Shown: positions 26,676-32,000 of the stretch, one piece after another
Position numbering within the stretch: the first letter of the stretch is position 1
How the letters are laid out: each line of letters starts with the position of its first letter
Assembly: GCF_000017845.1 (NCBI RefSeq)
Contig: NC_010546.1
Coordinates: 4,320,001-4,352,000 of the forward strand
DNA length: 32,000 nucleotides
Reading direction: 5' to 3'
From: Crocosphaera subtropica ATCC 51142
Lineage (GTDB): Bacteria > Cyanobacteriota > Cyanobacteriia > Cyanobacteriales > Microcystaceae
Notes under the pieces: model-generated
Told to the model about the DNA's origin: nothing
Database searches by the model: none
Seen by the model: only the letters and a program-made list of their open reading frames with translations
Program-made: the position numbers and the translations under genes

Positions 26676-29138
26676 TCAGTTATAATTCATAATTCCTTGG
26701 GTATTATTGAGAATTACATCGGTTAAGTCTGTGTTAGTTAAATCGGCATCGGTTAAATTGGCGTTGGTCAAATCTGCACCGATCAATTTAGCTTTAACTA
26801 AACTGACTCCTGTTAAGTTAGCATTTTTCAGATTAGCTGCGATTAATTTAGCCCGATTAAGGTTACTGTTTTGCAAATTCGTCCCAGATAAATTTGCCCC
26901 AATAAGATTAATATCTTCTAAATTGAGTTTTTGCAAATTCATATTAGAAAGTTCAGCTTGTTGAAAGTTTCTTTCTCCTAATTGATAACGTTGTAATAAT
27001 TCTGCTGCTTCTGTGACTCGAATTTCTCGTTGTTTGGGAGGGGTATAAGTAATCGTAAAAGTATCTTTTTGTTCTAGGACTTTTTCTAACTCTTGATACA
27101 GAGAATACTGACCAATTCCACTGACGGTTAACCATCCTCGTGATCGTGTCATTGCTACAAATAATTGATTCCTTAACAATAAGTCATTTTCTACTTTAGC
27201 AATCTGATCCAATCCTAGAATATAAACCATATCTGCTTCTTGTCCTTTAGCCCGATAAATACGAGAAATTGTAATAGCCCCCTCATACCAAAATTGATTA
27301 GGATTCTGCTCACTTTCTTGGCTGAAATCATTACAATTTTTACTGCCTGGAATGTAAATATCGATTCCTTGTCTGATGAGAAAATTAGCAATGGCTTGCT
27401 GTAGTTTTAAAGATTCAAAATAATCCCCTAAAATTAATACTAAAATTTCTTTGCTGGGTCGTAATCCATCGTGACGTAAATTATTATAAATTTGTTGAGA
27501 TAAAGCACTAATTTCTTGCTGTCTTGATAAGTATTTATTGAATTGAATGAATGGTTCTTTCCAAGCTTTATATAAAGGATTAGGTGAATTGTTAAGCGGT
27601 CGTTTAATAGTTATTTTTTGTCCTTTTTTCAACTCTCCCTCAATTTCATAACCTAATGTTTTCCAATCTTTTTGAGCGGTCATTCCTGTTAATATGCCTT
27701 GGGATCTTAACCATCCCATTCCCATAGCATGAGCAGCAATTATAATGGAATGAGGGGTACGATAACAACAGGACATCACCTCTGTTTTATTCACATCATT
27801 ATCATATTTTCCCGTGACAATATTGCCTAATTCTTTCCCAAAAATTTCACTAGGATGAGGAACTTTCAAACTTCCTAAACTTTGTAATTCATCATAAGTC
27901 CAGATCAATCTTTTTTGTTGAGTATTAATAGCATCAATAGGACGTAATGCTTGATAAGCTAACCAATAAAAAGGCTGTTTTCCTTGATAAAGCCAATTGT
28001 TTACCATTAAATCTTGTCCTTCATCAATTAAAATAGCATCAAAAATCTGAGGGATAGCTGTTTGATTTAAGAGGTTAACACACACTTCTCCTAAGGCTTC
28101 TGACGGTTGTTGAAAACTGGTTTGATGAACCCCTAAAGGAACCACTCCCGTTACTTGGCATAAAAAGCGATAAAATCCTAATTGTTCCCTGGAACCCCAA
28201 GCATGAAAAATTTGTAATTGTTGACTATTTTTATTATAGGTTTTTTGCTGATGACTAAAATATCTAATCCATTGATCAATCTGTTCTATAATTTCCTCAT
28301 AAAGACTGCGAGAAAAGAAAATAAATGCAATTTTCCACTGGGGATTTTTTAGATACATTATGGCTGCTTTTTGACAGAGTAAGACAGTTTTTCCCGAACC
28401 AGCAACTCCTCGTATTCTTTGAAATCCTGGAGGGATTTGTTTAGCAATTTTCTCCTGTTGTAAATCAAATTGATGAAGATGTTTTCTTAGTTGTTTTAAA
28501 ATTTTTCCTTTACTGTTATTTTTACTTAGAACTTGATGAGAGTCTGTCGATAAAACAGGAGTGCCAGATAGGATACTTAGCAGTAAATTCCATTGATAAT
28601 TATTTATGCTTTGTCCTTTAATGATTTTTGGTGTTTGGCGAATAATTCGCTTAATGGTTTCTAATGAAAGTAAATTATCTTGAAACAAAATAGGGGGATT
28701 ACTAGGGATTTTATGAAATCCTTTGAGTTGCCATTTTTGGGAAGTAATAAAAGGTAAAGCAACTAATGCTTTTGCTGCAATTTTATTATATAAACTGGGT
28801 TCTTGATTAACATATTCTAATAAGGAAAATAACTGAGTTTCTGCTTGTTGGTAAGGATTCCCTGAAGGAATATAGAAATTTTGATAATTCCAAGAATGTC
28901 CTTGAATACTAACAAGTTGATCAATCAGTAAAGATTTAACTTCAATGATTATTAATCCTAACTCATAATCAGCGATTAAAATATCAGCTTCTTTACGGTT
29001 ATTTTTCCCTATTGAGAAGATAGGATAACGCCAATAAATTAGACATTTCCTCTGATCGAATACTTGTTTTATTTTTTCCCATACTATTATTTCTCCCTTT
29101 TGTCCCCTATAGTTAAAAGATTCAGTCGTAATAAACAT
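26676..29138 (-). CDS. NERD (PD-(D/E)xK-type nuclease) - SF1 UvrD-like helicase - C-terminal pentapeptide-repeat fusion protein
   Basis: The NERD core is EADILIADYELGLIIIEVK (aa 50-68). Helicase motifs are Walker A GVAGSGKT (aa 244-251, nt 28386-28409), Walker B/II ILIDEGQD (DEGQD = nt 28011-28025), motif V-like RAKGQEADMVYI and motif VI-like LFVAMTRSRGW. About 17 pentapeptide repeats span aa 726-812 (nt 26703-26963). Confidence 0.85.
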   Translation of the reverse strand: MFITTESFNYRGQKGEIIVWEKIKQVFDQRKCLIYWRYPIFSIGKNNRKEADILIADYELGLIIIEVKSLLIDQLVSIQGHSWNYQNFYIPSGNPYQQAETQLFSLLEYVNQEPSLYNKIAAKALVALPFITSQKWQLKGFHKIPSNPPILFQDNLLSLETIKRIIRQTPKIIKGQSINNYQWNLLLSILSGTPVLSTDSHQVLSKNNSKGKILKQLRKHLHQFDLQQEKIAKQIPPGFQRIRGVAGSGKTVLLCQKAAIMYLKNPQWKIAFIFFSRSLYEEIIEQIDQWIRYFSHQQKTYNKNSQQLQIFHAWGSREQLGFYRFLCQVTGVVPLGVHQTSFQQPSEALGEVCVNLLNQTAIPQIFDAILIDEGQDLMVNNWLYQGKQPFYWLAYQALRPIDAINTQQKRLIWTYDELQSLGSLKVPHPSEIFGKELGNIVTGKYDNDVNKTEVMSCCYRTPHSIIIAAHAMGMGWLRSQGILTGMTAQKDWKTLGYEIEGELKKGQKITIKRPLNNSPNPLYKAWKEPFIQFNKYLSRQQEISALSQQIYNNLRHDGLRPSKEILVLILGDYFESLKLQQAIANFLIRQGIDIYIPGSKNCNDFSQESEQNPNQFWYEGAITISRIYRAKGQEADMVYILGLDQIAKVENDLLLRNQLFVAMTRSRGWLTVSGIGQYSLYQELEKVLEQKDTFTITYTPPKQREIRVTEAAELLQRYQLGERNFQQAELSNMNLQKLNLEDINLIGANLSGTNLQNSNLNRAKLIAANLKNANLTGVSLVKAKLIGADLTNANLTDADLTNTDLTDVILNNTQGIMNYN

Positions 29139-29155
29139 AGTGTTAATTATTGCAT

Positions 29156-30787
29156 CTATTTTTCTGAAACTTTATAAATGCGAATCATTGGCCCTTGACG
29201 AACCTTATTATTTTTTTGCGCCTCGTAAATTAGTTCTCCAGAATTGATAATATCTTCGTAACGATCAACAATCTTAGGATACCTATTTTTCTCTCGAAGA
29301 TAAAGATCGTAATAATTACCCATAATAATATATTGTATTTTATTTTTATCAATTTCTTCAATACTTTTTAGATTTCCAATTTTTCCATAAGGATAAAAAG
29401 TTGCATGGGACGATCTTTCAGCATTAAACTTTTCTATTATGCCATCTTTATTATGTTTAACTATAAAAAACTGAAACGATGTTTTGGGAAGTTGTGGAGT
29501 ATAGTTTTCTACCAAAATTTTAGAATTTTTAGGAATATTTCTAAGCATCCATTCTCCCGTAAACGTTCTAGTATCTACCCCAGACAATTTATAACCTTGC
29601 AGCATATTGTTCTGTAATAGAGGAATTATAATTGATGTCAATATGATCAAAATTAAACATGATCCTAAAAAGTAATTAAACCTTAACTCAATTAACTTAG
29701 ATATTTGATAAATAGTATAAGCAAGAAGAATACAGAGAAAAGGAATCATAGGAATGATCCACCGTTCCCATCGTAAATTAAGAACAGAAATAAATAATAA
29801 AAATAAGCTTGGGAAACTAACTAAGAGCAAAAGTTTTTCCTGATTTATCACTAATACCAAAAAGATTCCAAAGCTGATTAGTAATATACCCAAAAATGTA
29901 AAAGATTGTATTAAGGGATTTTGAATATACCAGATTAAATCGTTGATAAATCCTTCTCCTGTTGCTCCTAAATGAAATAACCTATTTTCTTGACTAATGT
30001 CTATTAATACTTGCTTAAAATCCAAAAACAAAAAAGGAGAAGCAATAAATACAGCCCCTGTACAAGTCAAAACACTACTAACGGGTTTTAAATAACCTTT
30101 AACATTCCATCCTTTGGTTAAGATATAGGCTAAAATAATGGTGAATACAAAAATAATAGCCGGGTATTTAGTCGCTATAGCTAAACCAAGAAAGAAACTA
30201 GCGTGAATATAGTTTGATAACTTATCTTCTTCAAGAATTTTTAAACAATAGTAAAAAGAGATAAGTAATAAAAAAGGCATTAAAGTATCCATGCGAGCTA
30301 ATTTTGATAGTTCCACATGGAGGGGAATGATGGCCACTAAAAAAGCGGAGATCAACCCTACCGTCTTATTAAACAGTTTACTCCCAATGAGATAAACAAC
30401 CCAAATAGTTGCAACCCCAAAAAATGTACTCCATAAGCGACCTGTTAGATAAAAAATGCTTGGATCTTGACGATACAATTCTAAAAAATCTTCAGAACTA
30501 TTACAAATACCCAAAAAGCGACTTCCAACAAACATCAAGCCATAGGATAACAGTAAAAGATAAATAACAGTTGATGCTGGATGGCCAAACCAATGAGGAT
30601 TTACATCTTGAGTTGATAACATACGAAAAACCCGTCTTACCCTATTAGGTTCATCGGGATTATATAAATAGGGTAAACCAAAATTGATGCCATAAAGACG
30701 CAACAGTAAACCCATCAATAGAATTCCTATTAAAATAGGTTGGTGGTGTCGATCTATAATTCGGTCAAAATCTTTTAAAGATTTCAT
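29156..30787 (-). CDS. GT-C fold membrane glycosyltransferase (ArnT/PMT, GT39/GT83-like)
   Basis: 543 aa. About 12 N-terminal TM helices with a DE-containing first loop (GLPYLYNPDEPNRV), then a ~150-aa soluble C-terminal domain. The start lies 10 nt after the yvcK-like stop. Confidence 0.6.
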   Translation of the reverse strand: MKSLKDFDRIIDRHHQPILIGILLMGLLLRLYGINFGLPYLYNPDEPNRVRRVFRMLSTQDVNPHWFGHPASTVIYLLLLSYGLMFVGSRFLGICNSSEDFLELYRQDPSIFYLTGRLWSTFFGVATIWVVYLIGSKLFNKTVGLISAFLVAIIPLHVELSKLARMDTLMPFLLLISFYYCLKILEEDKLSNYIHASFFLGLAIATKYPAIIFVFTIILAYILTKGWNVKGYLKPVSSVLTCTGAVFIASPFLFLDFKQVLIDISQENRLFHLGATGEGFINDLIWYIQNPLIQSFTFLGILLISFGIFLVLVINQEKLLLLVSFPSLFLLFISVLNLRWERWIIPMIPFLCILLAYTIYQISKLIELRFNYFLGSCLILIILTSIIIPLLQNNMLQGYKLSGVDTRTFTGEWMLRNIPKNSKILVENYTPQLPKTSFQFFIVKHNKDGIIEKFNAERSSHATFYPYGKIGNLKSIEEIDKNKIQYIIMGNYYDLYLREKNRYPKIVDRYEDIINSGELIYEAQKNNKVRQGPMIRIYKVSEK

Positions 30788-30797
30788 TTTCAGTGAC

Positions 30798-32000
30798 TTA
30801 ATTCTTGCTGTACCAACGTAACAAGACTCTCGCTAACCGTTGGGGATGGTGAGTCACTTTCGCCGTCATGGGATCTTCATCCATAATATTCGCTAAAACA
30901 ATACGACATCCCAAGGTGGTGACATCTTCTCGGTCTAAAAATACCGGATGAGATTGTTCTTTAGCATAATGTTTTAATGCAGTGGTAGAAGGAGAAATCC
31001 TCTGTACTAAAACAGCATCAAAGATGCGTTGATCGCAAACACGATCAATGGCTTTAATATGATCAGCAACGGTATAACCGTCTGTTTCCCCTGGTTGGGT
31101 CATAATATTGCAAACATAAATACGAGGAACTTTTACCTTAGCTAAAGCTTCCCTAATTTCTGGAACAAGAAGGTTAGGGATAACGCTGGTGTAAAGACTG
31201 CCTGGACCCATAATAATGTAGTCAGCTTCGCCAATTGCTTGCAACGCTGCGGGTAAAGCGGGGGGACTTTCAGGAAAACAGCCAATTTCAGCAATTTTTC
31301 CCCCGGCTTCGGTAATATGGGATTCCCCTTCTACAAAGCGACCATCATCCAATCTAGCCCATAAACGCACATCACTGACTGTTGCTGGTAAAACTTTACC
31401 TCGAATGGCTAATACTTTAGAACTAGCTGCGATCGCCTTTTCAAAATCCCGTCCGGTAATGGCTGTCATGGCCGTTAAAAATAAGTTACCAAAACTATGG
31501 CCGTTTAAACCTTCTCCTGCTTGAAAGCGATATTGAAATAACTCCGTTAATAACTTTTCTTCATCCGCTAAAGCGGCCATACAGTTACGAATATCCCCAG
31601 GAGGTAAAACACCGATTTCTTCTCTGAGTCGTCCTGAAGATCCCCCATCATCAGCGACGGTAACAATGGCGGTTATATTGGCACTATACTGTTTTAATCC
31701 TCGTAATAGGGTCGATAGTCCCGTTCCTCCCCCAATAGCCACAATTTTTGGACCTCGATGTAAGCGACGATGGGTTAGGAGGCGATCAACCAATTCTTGA
31801 TCGCTATCGGGAAAGGCATCGGTAATTGAACCGACGGTTCGGCTTTGTCCCCATAATAATAAAAAGAGTCCCAATAATAAGGCGATAGGACCAGAAATAT
31901 AGCTAGGGACGTAGTTAGTAATGGTTTCAAGGAGTTGAGTGACTAACTCCAACAGACGATCCACTGGGGTAAGTTTCACCCAAATAGCTAAACCTAAGAC
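30798..32000 (-). CDS. YvcK/CofD-family protein (UPF0052, gluconeogenesis-factor type) with N-terminal TM segment; the 5' end may lie beyond the window
   Basis: Motifs [46 protein letters not shown] and the rest of the YvcK pattern. The track start is a GTG at 31979. The frame stays open upstream to the window edge (…[12 protein letters not shown]), so the true start is undetermined. Confidence 0.8.
   Translation of the reverse strand, partial: VLGLAIWVKLTPVDRLLELVTQLLETITNYVPSYISGPIALLLGLFLLLWGQSRTVGSITDAFPDSDQELVDRLLTHRRLHRGPKIVAIGGGTGLSTLLRGLKQYSANITAIVTVADDGGSSGRLREEIGVLPPGDIRNCMAALADEEKLLTELFQYRFQAGEGLNGHSFGNLFLTAMTAITGRDFEKAIAASSKVLAIRGKVLPATVSDVRLWARLDDGRFVEGESHITEAGGKIAEIGCFPESPPALPAALQAIGEADYIIMGPGSLYTSVIPNLLVPEIREALAKVKVPRIYVCNIMTQPGETDGYTVADHIKAIDRVCDQRIFDAVLVQRISPSTTALKHYAKEQSHPVFLDREDVTTLGCRIVLANIMDEDPMTAKVTHHPQRLARVLLRWYSKN
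31429..31436. repeat. HIP1 octamer GCGATCGC
   Basis: Exact match read in sequence. Confidence 0.95.

Noticed and set aside
26707-26964. 85-aa plus-strand ORF (…SVKSVLVKSASVKLALVKSAPINLAL…)
   Set aside because: It is the antisense reading of the pentapeptide-repeat region of the helicase gene, and its repetitiveness is a mirror artefact.
18310-29617. Other short track ORFs nested in larger genes (18310-18513, 20584-20796, 26205-26393, 26953-27135, 29405-29617)
   Set aside because: Each lies within or antisense to a longer, motif-supported CDS and has no independent support.

Overview
AT-rich (roughly 38-40% GC by eye) chromosomal segment of a cyanobacterium. Support: nine perfect HIP1 octamers (GCGATCGC), an STRR-like heptamer array, a PatA-type regulator, a DXCF cyanobacteriochrome MCP and pentapeptide-repeat proteins. 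A unicellular Cyanothece/Crocosphaera-like host is inference only. I call about 22 protein genes. Left third, minus strand: a phototaxis operon colinear with the Synechocystis pix/tax1 cluster (PatA-type RR, CheY, CheW, GAF-containing MCP, second MCP cut by the window edge). Middle, mostly plus strand: moeA, a double-FHA ABC exporter, aroC, a small DUF29-like gene, an orphan hybrid-cluster protein gene (hcp) behind a 650-bp AT-rich spacer, tsaC, a sensor-less histidine-kinase-like gene, a GNAT, an NlpC/P60 hydrolase, a 905-aa DHH/DHHA1-CBS-CCA/poly(A) nucleotidyltransferase fusion, a transaldolase-family gene and an O-antigen-ligase-like membrane protein. Right third, minus strand: yvcK-like, GT-C glycosyltransferase, an 820-aa NERD nuclease / SF1 helicase / pentapeptide-repeat fusion, selO and a free-standing pentapeptide-repeat protein. 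I saw no rRNA, tRNA, CRISPR array, transposase or integrase. Most worth a second look: (1) the NERD-helicase-pentapeptide fusion as a possible single-polypeptide defence or DNA-surveillance protein; (2) a structured, apparently minus-sense non-coding region at 13.69-13.86 kb; (3) the hcp segment bracketed by about 20-nt inverted repeats, whose right end is a 35-nt mosaic with copies in other intergenic regions; (4) the DHH-CBS-nucleotidyltransferase fusion; (5) a kinase-like protein with a degenerate ATP-binding domain translationally coupled to tsaC. All family calls come from motif recognition by eye; no database search was possible.
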